DNA of 63,786 nt, filler included, from Olpidium bornovanus S191 (taxonomy: Eukaryota > Fungi > Olpidiomycota): assembly GCA_017911155.1 (NCBI GenBank). It is 27 parts of 27 records of this genome, joined end to end, with 100 filler letters (N's around TTAATTAATTAA, not from the genome) between each part and the next. Parts side by side here need not be neighbours in the genome. Positions count along the whole stretch, not along the records: positions 11,167 to 12,445 come from JAEFCI010004020.1; positions 12,546 to 13,571 come from JAEFCI010007353.1; positions 13,672 to 16,526 come from JAEFCI010005567.1; positions 16,627 to 19,577 come from JAEFCI010005435.1; positions 19,678 to 20,727 come from JAEFCI010013265.1; positions 20,828 to 22,930 come from JAEFCI010007730.1; 21 more parts are not named here. One strand, 5' to 3'. Shown piece after piece: positions 11,067-21,790 of this stretch (positions are counted from its first letter, which is position 1; every line of letters starts with the position of its first letter). The translations under genes were made by a program, and so were the position numbers. A model generated the notes under the pieces. It had not been told where the DNA came from and searched no databases. It saw only the letters and a list, made by a program, of their open reading frames with translations.

Positions 11067-13484
11067 NNNNNNNNNNNNNNNNNNNNNNNNNNNNNNNNNN
11101 NNNNNNNNNNTTAATTAATTAANNNNNNNNNNNNNNNNNNNNNNNNNNNNNNNNNNNNNNNNNNNNCACGCACACGAACCCACGAGGGGGGGGGGAGCGA
11201 CCCCCCCCCCCCCTTTCCCCCCCCCCCCCCCCCCCGCCCGCCCGCGCTCGCACGGCTGTCGTACTCCGAAAAGACCTCGACGCTGTTCCTCCCCGCCCCG
11301 CTGTGGGAAAGACCCTGATTTCATTAAAGCTTCACCGAAGCTTCGGCGCCTGAAACGAACGGGCGCCGTTAAAGCTCACACCGCGCCGCAAATTCAACCC
11401 CATCAGCGCCTTCTCTGAACAGGGTTTGGCCCAAGCAGCATTGACTGTGCACCATACCTAGACAATTTCTCAGATCCCGTCAAGCGCGCCGCAGCCGCCG
11501 CACCGGGGAAAAAAAATTTTTTTCGATAATTTCTCCAAATTTGCCAGAGACCGGCGCTCCGGTATGATGCCGCCACCAGGACCCTTTGATGGATTCTCCG
11601 GCTCCACGCCAAACAAACGTGCTCAGCCACAAAAAAACAACCTGCTTGAAACTCGTCTAAACAACTCTTGAGAATATCGCACAGAGAGCTTTGGCCGCTG
11701 GACATCACGGCTGAAGCGAATCTTAAAAGCCAACGGCTCACGAAGGGCTAAGCAAAAAGGTCCAGGCAAATCCGGCAGGAAGGAACAGTCTCAGGCCGGT
11801 CAATAACCTGAGCAGGGCGGCCAACGGCAGCCACTGGCGCCCTCGCAGTCCCTGCAAGTTCTGTTCTTCTTCCGAGCGTTTTCCGAGTGATCGTTCGCTG
11901 ATCCCGGCCGATCTCCATGCTCAAGCTGCCATGAACATTCAGCGGCGCACAAATCCCCCCGCCCCCCCCCCTCCCCCCGCCCCCGCTCAATCGCCTAAGG
12001 AGGAGGGTCAGCTTCGCCTGGCTCGCGTCTTTTGTGCTTCAGCCACTGCTTCGAAGCCATGTTCAACCTCTTGTGCGAGTTTGAAAACCCTTGTCCAATC
12101 TGTGGACCACCCCTCGAAGATAATGTTTACGATCTGAAGGCATCGGGCAAACTGACGGGGGAGCCAGTGCTTGGCGCCATCATGGACCCAGGTGGAACCG
12201 GCATTAAGTTGACTTAGAACTTCCCCTTCGACGTCACTAGGAGATTCGTCTCCCCCCGTCGTACCACATCCGCCGTTGCTACCGCGGAATTACTCCTCGT
12301 GACCCCATCCGGTGACAACACAGTGAATAACGCTCTTTACGTTCCTTATTTACTTCCTCGCCTTCCTCAGTTTCACGAGCATATGATCTCAGCGCTACAG
12401 TTCTCTTTGCCTTCATTCGGGATGCAGGCACCAGCAAGCTCCATGNNNNNNNNNNNNNNNNNNNNNNNNNNNNNNNNNNNNNNNNNNNNTTAATTAATTA
12501 ANNNNNNNNNNNNNNNNNNNNNNNNNNNNNNNNNNNNNNNNNNNNCATGTCAAAGGGCAAATAAAGCTGTCTTAATGTCTGCCTTGACAAAAAAGAAAAT
12601 CACTAGTAAATAAATAAAATTCAAGACACATTTGACAAACAAGATTTTCAATCTGCTTTTCAAAATACCAGATATTTTGCGAATGCAAGCTCTGTAGTTT
12701 AATACGACGCCAACTTTGACAGTACTTTTTACCCTAGTCATCCTATTTATAAACACAATGCTGGTCGACAAGGTTTTCATTTTCCATTGGCATTTTCAGC
12801 CATTTTCGAAGTGCTTTTAAAAACTATATCAAAATTGCATCATCTCAATTGTTAAAGTGCCCTAAGGGCTTTCCCCGCCGCTCTCCGCATCAAGAAAAGC
12901 GGGCGACGCGATTTTCCGGGTTGCATAATACAAAGGCGCCACGACCGAAGATACAAAATTCCAAGGAATGCTTCAGTATTGGAGGGTTAAAGGGTCTCTC
13001 GACCCGTCCAAAAATTGCTGGCGGCCTCCTGTTACAGAGGCCTCCGGACGGACATTGGTTTAGTTTTCAACCAGCAAAACCCAGTCTCAGTAGAAACTTC
13101 ACTGACGTGGGTACGCCCTAGCACAAAGATTAAGGAAAAAAAAAAAAAAACCCCCGGACTCGCTTCCCCCCGCCGCCCTTTTATACCCGGCGCTTTCCCC
13201 TGTTTTCCCCCCCCCGCCCCATCCCACCCGCGGCCGCGGACGAAAACAAAAAAAAAAAAAAGAAACAAACCAAAAGGGGAAAAAATAAAGGGGAAAGGGC
13301 TCCGGTTGGCACGCCAGTTCCCCCCTCCGCGCATGATGACCTCCCCACCCCCGTTCCCGGACAACCTCCCGGCCGCTCCCACCGCGCCCCTTACTGCTGC
13401 GGCCCGGCCGCGCCGCAGATCTCCCGCACGGTTTTGGTTCCCCCCCCCCGCTTCCCCGCCTTACGCCCCATCGCCTAACCGTTC

Positions 13485-13523
<39 letters not shown>

Positions 13524-13689
13524 CCCCCCCCCGCGCCCCCCCCCCCCCCCCCCCCCCCCCCCGCTCCCCCCNNNNNNNNNNNNNNNNNNNNNNNNNNNNN
13601 NNNNNNNNNNNNNNNTTAATTAATTAANNNNNNNNNNNNNNNNNNNNNNNNNNNNNNNNNNNNNNNNNNNNCATGGTCAAGAATAGTCA

Positions 13690-13954
13690 AATGTTCTGCA
13701 CGCTTTTTCGGACATCGATTACGCCAATGACCCGGATGGGCGTAAGTCGATAACGGGTTACATCATATATTGCAATAATGCGCCTATCATCTGGAAGTCT
13801 GTGAAGCAACCTTGTATCAGTGTCTTCAACAGAGGCTGAACTTGTCACAGCATCTGCGGCAGCCCAAAAACTTATCTGGCTACTGTTTATTCTGGCAGAG
13901 TTCACCAACAGTTCTCTGGAAGCATCGACCCTGTTCGTCGATAACCAAAGAGCC
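13690..13954 (+). mobile_element. Ty1/copia RNase H fragment, frameshifted
   Basis: LHAFSDIDYANDPDGRKSITGYIIYCNNAPIIWKSVKQPCIS(fs)SSTEAELVTASAAAQKLIWL...TLFVDNQRAV; cut off by a GC-rich repeat. Confidence 0.9.
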
Positions 13955-14790
13955 GTCGAAGGCGGCGCGACCGGAGCGCGGCGACGGCGCGGCGGAAGGC
14001 GGCGCGGCGGATGCGGAAGGCTGCGCGGCGGATGCAAAAGGCTGCGCGGCGGATGCGGAAGGCTGCGCGGCGGATGCGGGGGTGAGCTTATTCGCGGGAA
14101 AGCGCAGCGGACGGCAGGCGACACTTAGCGCGGGCGCGACGGCGGGCACCGGAGCGCGGCGACTGCGCGGCGGAAGGCTGCGAGGCGGATGCGGGGCGAC
14201 CAAAGGGGGCGCGACGGCAGGCACCGGAGCGCGGCGGCGGCGCAGGGGACGGCGGCGCGGCGGGGCGGAAGGCGGCGCGGCGGATGCGGAAGGCGGCGCG
14301 GCGGATGCGGAAGGCGGCGCGGCGGATGCGGGGGTGAGCTGAATCGCGGGAAAGCGCAGCGGCGGCGGGCGACACTTAGCGCGGGCGCGACTGCGGGGCG
14401 GGCGCGATGGCGGGCGGGCGCGATGGCGAGCGGGCACCGGAGTGCGGCGGCGGCGCGGCGGACGGCGGCGGCACGGCGGGCGGAGCGGCCGAAGGCGGCG
14501 CGGCGGCGGGCACCGGAGCGCGGCGACGGCGCGGCGGAAGGCAGCGAGGTGGATGCGGGGCGGCCAAAGGAGGCGCGACGGGCAAGCACCGAAGCGCGGC
14601 GGCGGCGCCGCGCGGCTGGGCGGAGCGGCCGAAGACGGCGCGACGGCGGGCACAGAAGCGCGGCGGCGGCGCGGCGGAAGGCTGCGAGGCGGATGCGGGG
14701 CGGCCAGAGGGAGCGTGACGGGCGGGCGCCGAAGCGCGGCAGCGGCGCGACGGACGGCGGCGGAAGGCTGTGCGGGCGAGGGGGCGGTCG
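13955..14790. repeat. Hierarchical GC-rich minisatellite (21-nt unit inside a 252-nt higher-order unit)
   Basis: GGCGGCGCGGCGGATGCGGAA units. The block GTGAGC..ATCGCGGGAAAGCGCAGCGG...GACACTTAGCGCGGGCGCGAC recurs at 14082 and 14334. Confidence 0.85.
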
Positions 14791-14903
14791 AAGGATGGTT
14801 CTTCCTCGGATTCCCCACTTTGTAGGAGTCTGGGTCGTTCAGACGGTGTGTATATTTAGGGGTTACACCCCCGATCCAGGGATATATACGGAGGTACAGT
14901 CGA

Positions 14904-15050
14904 TTGGATGGTCGATCCACTACAATGGCGAAATCATCATCTTTCGGCAAGACGTCCTTCGAGTTCCTAGAACATATCTTCGACGAGACGGGGATTCGAA
15001 TAAAAGACGACTATCAACAGGCCGTAGCAGACTGGCCTCCCTCAAGCACT
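14904..15050 (+). mobile_element. Degenerate Ty3/gypsy RT C-terminal remnant
   Basis: SSFGKTSFEFLEHIFDETGIRIKDDYQQAVADWPPSST resembles the gypsy motif CxFxxxxVEFLGHIIxxxGIxxDPxKxQAVxxWPxP. Confidence 0.5.
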
Positions 15051-15244
15051 CATTTGTCTCGACCCACGTGTCTGCCAGGCCCGTGGCCTTTGCCACCTTT
15101 ACCAAGCTATTCTCGTAAACAGTCAACCTAAAACACCTCATCAGTTCCGCATCGGATGTTGTCGTGTGCAGATTTCCCGGCCCCCACCCCCCACGCCCCG
15201 CCCACCGGAAAACAACGCGCTTTTTCGAACAGCAGCTAACAATA

Positions 15245-15256
15245 GGCTATGAGCCC
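15245..15256 (+). promoter_or_regulatory. Copia-type primer-binding site (tRNA-iMet anticodon-arm type), one mismatch
   Basis: GGCTATGAGCCC follows ...TAACA and lies upstream of a copia gag. The complement of tRNA-iMet GGGCTCATAACC is GGTTATGAGCCC. Confidence 0.7.
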
Positions 15257-15779
15257 AACGGGCTTGCCACTGTCCGCAGTAAACCCCCGTCATCGCCGAC
15301 GACCCTCCCAGCCCTCCCCGCAGCCAGAGAAAGAAGGCAAACATTACCCTTTCCCGACGCGAGCAGCCGCCGCGCGCAGGCACCGCAGGGACGCAGACAG
15401 AGATAGAGGGCGCGGGAAGGAGGGGGAGCCGAGAGCGCACGAGGACGTTTGGACGGACGTTCGAGCGCGCACCAGCAGCAGTTCAATGGGAGATCGCCAA
15501 AGAGCGCACGAAGACGTTCAGACGTTCGGTCAAACGCCCCGACCGGTTGCACACCAAATGGGAGAGCGCGCGCGCCGCACGCGGAAACAGCAGCGCGAAC
15601 CCCCGGGTTCTGCAGCAGCAAGGAACAGCAGCACGAAGCTCCGAGTTTAGCAGCAGCTGCAGGAAGTAGCAACAGCAGTGCTGACTGGCGGCGCGGATTC
15701 TCGTCCAACAGCAGCAGTAGCAACCCCCACGCCCGGGCGCACAAGGGAGAAGGCCAGGCCGCGGAAAACTAGCAGAAAG

Positions 15780-16526
15780 AGAATCGCTTGACAGGCTTGA
15801 CATCAAGGCCACCTTGTACGCTAGCAAAATGGAAGCCTCGGAATCCTTCGACCATTTCCTCCTGCGGACAAAGGAGCAGGTTCGGCATCTCCAAGACATG
15901 GGAGAAGACAACGTCCGCAATTGGGAGCGCAAGCTCCGTGATATTCTCCTCATGGGCTGCCTACACCTGTTCCGGGCGACGATTGACGCGTTGGAGAGTC
16001 TCCCCCGCCGTGATCGGGACGCGAAGGCCTGGACGGTGCCCACACTGACGGAGACCGTGACGATTCTTCGGGAAGCTGACGCTCGGTGTCGTCTGGCTGA
16101 ATCTTTGGGAGACGGAGCGCTTGTCGTCAAGAACACGTTGGCATCGAAGAGGGAGAAAAGCAAGTCTACCAACGAGCAGAAGAAGAAGTTCAAGTGTTTC
16201 AACTGTGAGAAGCCGGACCATTTCATGGTTGAATACCGCAGCGTCCGCAGGCCCGGAAGCTGAGGGGGCAAGGACAAGAGTAAGGAGGAGAAGAAGAAGG
16301 AGACGGATGACGGAGCGGAGAAGGCGAACATCGTGTGCGCGGGGGACGAGATTGAGGACGGAGTCGCGCTCCTAGCGGCGACGACCTCCTCCGCCGCGCC
16401 GACGACATGGTTTCTGGACAATTGCGCGTCGTATCACATTGCGATGAGTCCCGACAGCGTCCAGAATCTCGAGCCCGCCAGGAAGTTCGTTCGCGTCGGC
16501 AATGATGCAGTTCTGCGCGCGGCGCA
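15780..16526 (+). mobile_element. Ty1/copia gag (UBN2-like plus zinc knuckle) and protease start, decayed
   Basis: RLDIKATLYASKMEASESFDHFLLR...; knuckle CFNCEKPDHFMVEY (last Cys replaced by Tyr); after a frameshift, WFLDNCASYHIAMS...FVRVGNDAVLRA (copia protease motif WxLDSGASxHM). Confidence 0.88.
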
Positions 16527-16989
16527 NNNNNNNNNNNNNNNNNNNNNNNNNNNNNNNNNNNNNNNNNNNNTTAATTAATTAANNNNNNNNNNNNNNNNNN
16601 NNNNNNNNNNNNNNNNNNNNNNNNNNCAGCGAACCTAAACGCCGCGGACGCTTCCGCGTCAATCCACCACGGTGCACGACCTACGTGCGCCCAACGAATC
16701 AGGATTCGAACCCAAACCGTGATGAACTGATGCCGCTCCACTCATGATCACATTCATCATGATGCTCGTGCCTCTCGACAACGAGACAGTCAAATCATCC
16801 CTCTTCCGAAAGGACGATGCACATCTTCCGATGTGGGCGGGCGGGTGGGTCATAGCTAGCTCAACTGCCTCTCGTACCTCGTATCCTCGGGCGCTGCGAG
16901 CCGAACCGACAGGATACTACGGTAAACAAAGCAGTCCTCGCTAGCTACTTTCACAGCAAACGGAGCTAGCTACCCTCTGCGGATTTCTT

Positions 16990-17340
16990 CGCAGTGCCAG
17001 AGACTGTGTCCACATGGACTAGAGTCAGACAAAGCACAACATGTTCACGACTCCGCATATCGTAATAACGGAACATTGTTGTTGGATTATCCAAACGATT
17101 AGCGGCCGCAACCGCTGGATCCTTTCCAGCATCCAATTGCGCAGTCGTGATGCTTTTGATCAGCACGTACGGCGTGATCTTGGTCCTCGGGTAACCAAGC
17201 GTGGTCATGTAATCCTTGATCCAGAATCTGACCATTGCCGGTTCTGGCGTATGCGCATCCTTCGCAAGACATGTCACGAGGAGAGTAGGTACCGCTTTCC
17301 ACGGAGCGCTGTCGGCGCCCAAAATGGCCTTGGCGGGCAT
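16990..17340 (-). mobile_element. Possible tyrosine-recombinase C-terminal remnant (DIRS/Crypton-like)
   Basis: LLVTCLAKDAHTPEPAMVRFWIKDYMTTLGYPRTKITPYVLIKSITTAQLDAGKDPAVAAANRLDNPTTMFRYYD resembles DIRS YR LFIS..PHxPxS..TISRWIK..L..AG...TAHSTRSASTS...G......ANWSS.STF.RFY. The HxxR motif is degenerate and there is an upstream in-frame stop. Confidence 0.45.
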
Positions 17341-18202
17341 CGACCTCGACTTCGACTACTCTAGCTTCGACCCCCGTTTCCTCCGGTTTCGCTCGTTTTG
17401 CATTGTCTCGCGCGTTTGCACCCGTCTTTTGCTTTCGACTATCGGGGTCACGTGCGTTGACGCCGTCCACTTGTTTCGAACTGTTTTGGTTTCGCCACCC
17501 CTTTTTTTCCCCCTGTCGTCAGACTCGCTGATAAAACACCTCACCGATCCACCCGGCGTCAAAATAAAGAAACAACCCCGAGTTCGGGCGTCCTGAAACA
17601 AAGCCGTCGGGCTTGTTCCAATGTCGTGTTCACCTTCGGGCCTGTTCGAGCGGAGGCGTCGGCTGCCGCTACGGGTTGAGCGGCGTCGACTGCTCTCTCT
17701 TTTCCCTCCCCGTCCTTTCCCGCGGCGTCGGCTGCGGAGTTCGAAGCCGCGTCACAGCGCCATCGACGCCGAACCCGAGTGCGGCACGCAAAGCGCGCCC
17801 GTCAACCGGATCGCCCAGAGCCCCCTGCGGGCACGAAGACGGCCCTGCCTTCCCTGCCGCCCGGGCCTGATCCGATTGCGGCCACGTCGGCTTCGTCGCC
17901 GACAGCGCGAGCTGCCCAAGCCTGGTATACGGCGACAATGTCCGCTTTCGGGTCAACGGAAAGGTGTTCGCATACCAATGGTCGTACCTTTATTGCCATC
18001 CGGCGATCCAATGTCTCTCCCGTTTCTTTCGGAGCAAAAACCGTGCCAGTGAACTGCACATTGGTCCATTGGACCTGTCTGCCAACCCGCGTCAAGCATG
18101 ATGGTCTTCGTTTCGATCCAAATGTCAATAAGGTACACAGCTTTCCAGCAAGTGAACGAAGCGTCAATTTTTCGTTTGACGGCCCGCGAATCATTCCGGC
18201 AA

Positions 18203-18633
18203 TGTGATGAGGGCGCGCCGGGGCTGCCCCCCACAGGGACACCCGGTCAACCCCCCCACAGGGCCACACCCGGTCACACCCACAGGGCCCTCTGGCTGCC
18301 CCCACAGGCCCACCCGGTTGCCCCCCACAGGCCCACCCGGTCACCCCCCCCACAGGGCCACACCCGCGCACCCCACAGGGCCACACCCGCGCACCCCCCA
18401 GGACCACCCGGTCACCCCCCCAGGGCCACCCACAACTCCCCTGACAGCCGTCTAGTAATTCCCCCACCCGGCAGCCACCCGGCTGCTGTATAAATAACAG
18501 CCCTCCTCCCTCTAGCCAGAAACTTTCCCCACACAACAACAAACAAACACAACAAATAAACACAACAAACAAACACAAAGCAGCTTGTAGCATGAATAAT
18601 ACAACTGAAACTCAACACATTGTCCACATTACA
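18203..18633 (+). mobile_element. 5' LTR of a Ty3/gypsy element with an internal C-rich minisatellite
   Basis: Begins TGTGA, ends TTACA, contains TATAAATA. Followed immediately by TAGTAGCA (one mismatch to the tRNA-iMet 3'-end PBS TGGTAGC), with the gag ATG 16 nt after the LTR end. CCCCACAGGGCCACACCCGG-like units at about 18225-18440. Confidence 0.7.
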
Positions 18634-18648
18634 TAGTAGCAATGCCTC

Positions 18649-19577
18649 ATGACCCATAACCCGACCCCAACTTCCCCCACTACCTCCGACGCAGGACCGA
18701 CCCTCCTGCAGACAGAGGCGGACTACCAGTTAGCAATCCGCCAGCTGGAAGCCCGCCTGGCAGAAGTAACCGCGCAGCATGACAAGTCGCTGCAGGCGAC
18801 TTTTGCCGCCACGACCGCCGCCGAGAATCCCGCCCAGAAACCCTTGGAATCCGACCGTGCCGTCGCGAAGCTTATTCGCGACAAACTCTGGCCCTTTACC
18901 GGCCGCAACCGGGCCCCCCATCACATGCGCAACTTCCTCGTGCAATTCGAGCAGTATGCGGAGTACGCTCGTCTCGACTCCTCAGCAAGAGTTGTGGCCA
19001 TCGGCGCACTGCTTGCCGACGAGGCAGCCGCGTGGTATCAGAGCCTGGCGGGCTCGGTGCTCACCTTCACCGAGTTCTGCCGACTCTTCCTCCAAAGCTG
19101 GGGTGACCCCCTCGAGGAGGAGAACGCGCGGAGGAAGCTGGCCAGCCTCCAGCAAACGGGCTCCGCGCTCCTCTACACGAAGGAGTTCCGACGTGTGGTG
19201 CTCCCCTTCCCTGACCTCACCGAGCCTGACAAGTTTTTTGCTTACAAGCGAGGCTTGTCAGATGGCCTGCAACGGGACCTCCGTGTCATGTGGGTATCCT
19301 CCCTGGAGGAGGCAATCTCTGTTGTGGAGGAACTCGACGAGATTGACCGCCAAAGGGGGAGGGGCACCGGGCGCCCGCAGGATCACCCACGGAATGGGCA
19401 AGCTCGTTGCCCGGCCCCAAACGATGGACCAGTCCCCATAGAACTCGGTGTCGTCACCATGACAAAGTCGTCACCAACAGTGATGACGAAAAACTACAAC
19501 GACTCCCAGTTGTTTCCGCGCTTGATGGAACCGCTGCGCGAATTCCTGCGAGCGCGGAAAGCTTGCCTGTACTGCCG
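18649..19577 (+). mobile_element. Ty3/gypsy gag (Retrotrans_gag), intact to contig end
   Basis: WPFTGRNR...NFLVQFEQY...LLADEAAAWYQSL...TFTEFCRLFLQSWGDPLEEENARRKLASLQQTGSALLYTKEF...AYKRGLS...GPVPIELG...CLYC. Confidence 0.92.
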
Positions 19578-19677
19578 NNNNNNNNNNNNNNNNNNNNNNN
19601 NNNNNNNNNNNNNNNNNNNNNTTAATTAATTAANNNNNNNNNNNNNNNNNNNNNNNNNNNNNNNNNNNNNNNNNNNN

Positions 19678-20541
19678 CCCCGCCTCTTTCTCTGCACGGA
19701 GCAAAACGTACTCAATCGCCCCGAGATTTTGCATGCAGATCGCAATGATCCGGGCGACTTTCAGCCTAACTCCCTTGTCCTTCGCCTCGAGGCCGTGCAG
19801 GTAATACGCGATAAGGTACTCGACGAAGCGGACCGACACAGAATCTTCCTCGTCGCCGTCGGTGCCGCCGCCGGCGGGGGAAGCGCCAGATCGACAATTT
19901 TCGTCGTCTACGCGGTCGTGCGTGGGCGGTTTAAAAACAAAAAAAAGGCGGAGAAACGACAATCCGTCAGCGCCCAGGGCCGGTTTCTACTCCGGCTCGT
20001 ACCTCCCCTCCTCCCCAAAAAAACAAAGACTGTCACAAGGGCGGTGCGCACGCGGGGCGCTGCCCAACCCGGCCCGTCCCTCCGCCCTCTCTGCGGTCCA
20101 GAAACCTTTCGCCCTCGTGTAGGCGACGAATGACGCGAAGAACGCGAGCACCCTTTCGACGGCCGGCTCGCGCTTGCGGGCCACGGGCAGGACGCGGTTT
20201 AAGTTCCTGGCAAACTCGCGGTTGAAGAGCAGCTCCTCCTCTTCCCCTCCTTGATTTCCTTTGCTGTCTCCGCCGCCGGCGCTCCGCCCCCCCCCGCTTT
20301 TCGTCGCCGCCGCCGCCCGCGTCCGGCGGACCGCCGCGGCCCGTTCCCGGGAGCACCGCTCCTGGACCTTGCGGAGGGCGACGGCGGTTTTCCTATGCGC
20401 GGACGCCGACGCCTGCGCCTCCTGGAACAGGGCGGCCATGTCCTCCGCGACCAGGGACGCGGCGCGGGCGGCGGAAAGGTCCGCTGCCCCTTCGGGCGCG
20501 TTCCTGACGACGGCCGGCGCGGCGTCCGCCGCTTTGACCAT
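19678..20541 (-). CDS. YCG1: Condensin complex subunit 3 (Ycg1/CAP-G), N-terminal part
   Basis: MAALFQEAQASASAHRKTAVALRKVQ...FNREFARNLNRVLPVARKREPAVERVLAFFASF...|...RFVEYLIAYYLHGLEAKDKGVRLKVARIIAICMQNL. Confidence 0.88.
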
Positions 20542-21433
20542 TGCTTCTTTCTCTTTTTTTGGGAGAGCGGGCGGGGAAGCGGGGGAATGGGTGACACCAC
20601 CCGCCAATGCGCACCCCCGGTGAGCTCGACCCCGGACGATCCCCCCCCCGGTGGGGAAAAAGCTGGAGAAAAAAAAAATACGAAAACCTCAAGACAGCTT
20701 CCACCAACAAAAAAAAAAAAAAAAAAANNNNNNNNNNNNNNNNNNNNNNNNNNNNNNNNNNNNNNNNNNNNTTAATTAATTAANNNNNNNNNNNNNNNNN
20801 NNNNNNNNNNNNNNNNNNNNNNNNNNNAAGACAATTTGGTCATCGACCTCAACCGAATACCTGCCTTTTAAAAGTCTGTTACAGTTGATTCATTAGAACG
20901 TGTAAAGCTTCTAGCTCCACGGCAACCAAATTAACGAGTTTAGCCATGTGTCTGTGTTGTTCATCCATTCCTGCGAATCTGGTCCGCTCGCCTGAAATAC
21001 TGCGCGGCCAGACTTATTGCTGACCTCGACTCCATGATCGTTTCCAGAGATATTTTGCGATTACCGATGCCTCTTATCCATTGTGTTATCGGCCAATCGA
21101 ACACTTAAAGCAATCGGTGTAAAAATTTTGGACTTTGTTCGATCCAGGCCACTTTGGCTGCTATGGGGTATCTTTCCCGAGAAAATCTCTCGAAACAGGC
21201 GTAAATCGAGTGCTGCCTTTCGGCGCTTCTGTTCTGGTGTCCGATATTAAGTAACCCGGCAGGTGGATGATACCGGCAAACGTGCTTTGATTATCACCCC
21301 GCTCGCGCCCCATTTGGGAGAAAAAGAATTGATTGGAACGGCTATAAAACGGGATATCGATGACTTCTCAGGAAAGCGAGTGTGCCCGGCACGCCTCTTG
21401 GAACGTTGCAATGCTTAAATAACCTTGCCAACG

Positions 21434-21790
21434 TCAGTACCAGCCGCCGTAGCCCTTCCCCTTCCCATAGCCGCCGTAGCCCTTGCCTTTCCCCTTCCCA
21501 TAGCCACCGTAGCCCTTGCCCTTCCCCTTCCCATAGCCACCGTAGCCCTTCTTTCCGTATCCGCCGTAGCCCTTCTTCCCGTATCCGCCGTAGCCCTTCT
21601 TCCCGTAGCCCTTCCCCTTCCCATATCCGCCGTAGCCCTTGCCCTTGCCCTTCCCGAATGCGCCATACCCGTTTCCGCCGGGCGGGAACGGCTCGGGGGC
21701 CGGGGCCGGGGCCGGATCGGGATCAGGGGCGGCGGAAACGACCTGCGCGAGGACAGCGACGGCGGCGAGAACGATGACAGCGATCCTCAT
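21434..21790 (-). CDS. Secreted Gly/Lys/Tyr-rich repeat prepropeptide (118 aa)
   Basis: Signal peptide MRIAVIVLAAVAVLAQVVSA, pro-segment APDPDPAPAPAPEP, then 84 aa with 42 G, 19 K and 16 Y, including six GYGGY and one GYGGW. Repeat indels are all multiples of 3. Upstream TATAAAA on the same strand at about 22035-22041. Confidence 0.85.
   Translation of the reverse strand: MRIAVIVLAAVAVLAQVVSAAPDPDPAPAPAPEPFPPGGNGYGAFGKGKGKGYGGYGKGKGYGKKGYGGYGKKGYGGYGKKGYGGYGKGKGKGYGGYGKGKGKGYGGYGKGKGYGGWY

Noticed and set aside
11560-12217. Possible decayed gag/protease (CKFC, CPICG, AIMDPGG)
   Set aside because: The motifs are short, in different frames and broken by stops; not enough to call.
12546-12860. 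AT-rich stretch with a TAG-interrupted frame (LRKWLKMP...VYK*DD*GKKYC), suggesting TAG recoding
   Set aside because: No recognisable protein family, and TAG is a normal terminator in FIBP and p24 here.
13880-15118. Long Ala/Arg/Pro-rich ORFs (356 aa, 309 aa) and similar ORFs across GC-rich regions
   Set aside because: By-products of 3n-periodic GC repeats or antisense shadows of real exons.
16690-16760. tRNA-like GGTTCGAATCC (minus strand)
   Set aside because: T-stem, anticodon stem and acceptor stem do not pair convincingly; at most a SINE or tRNA relic.
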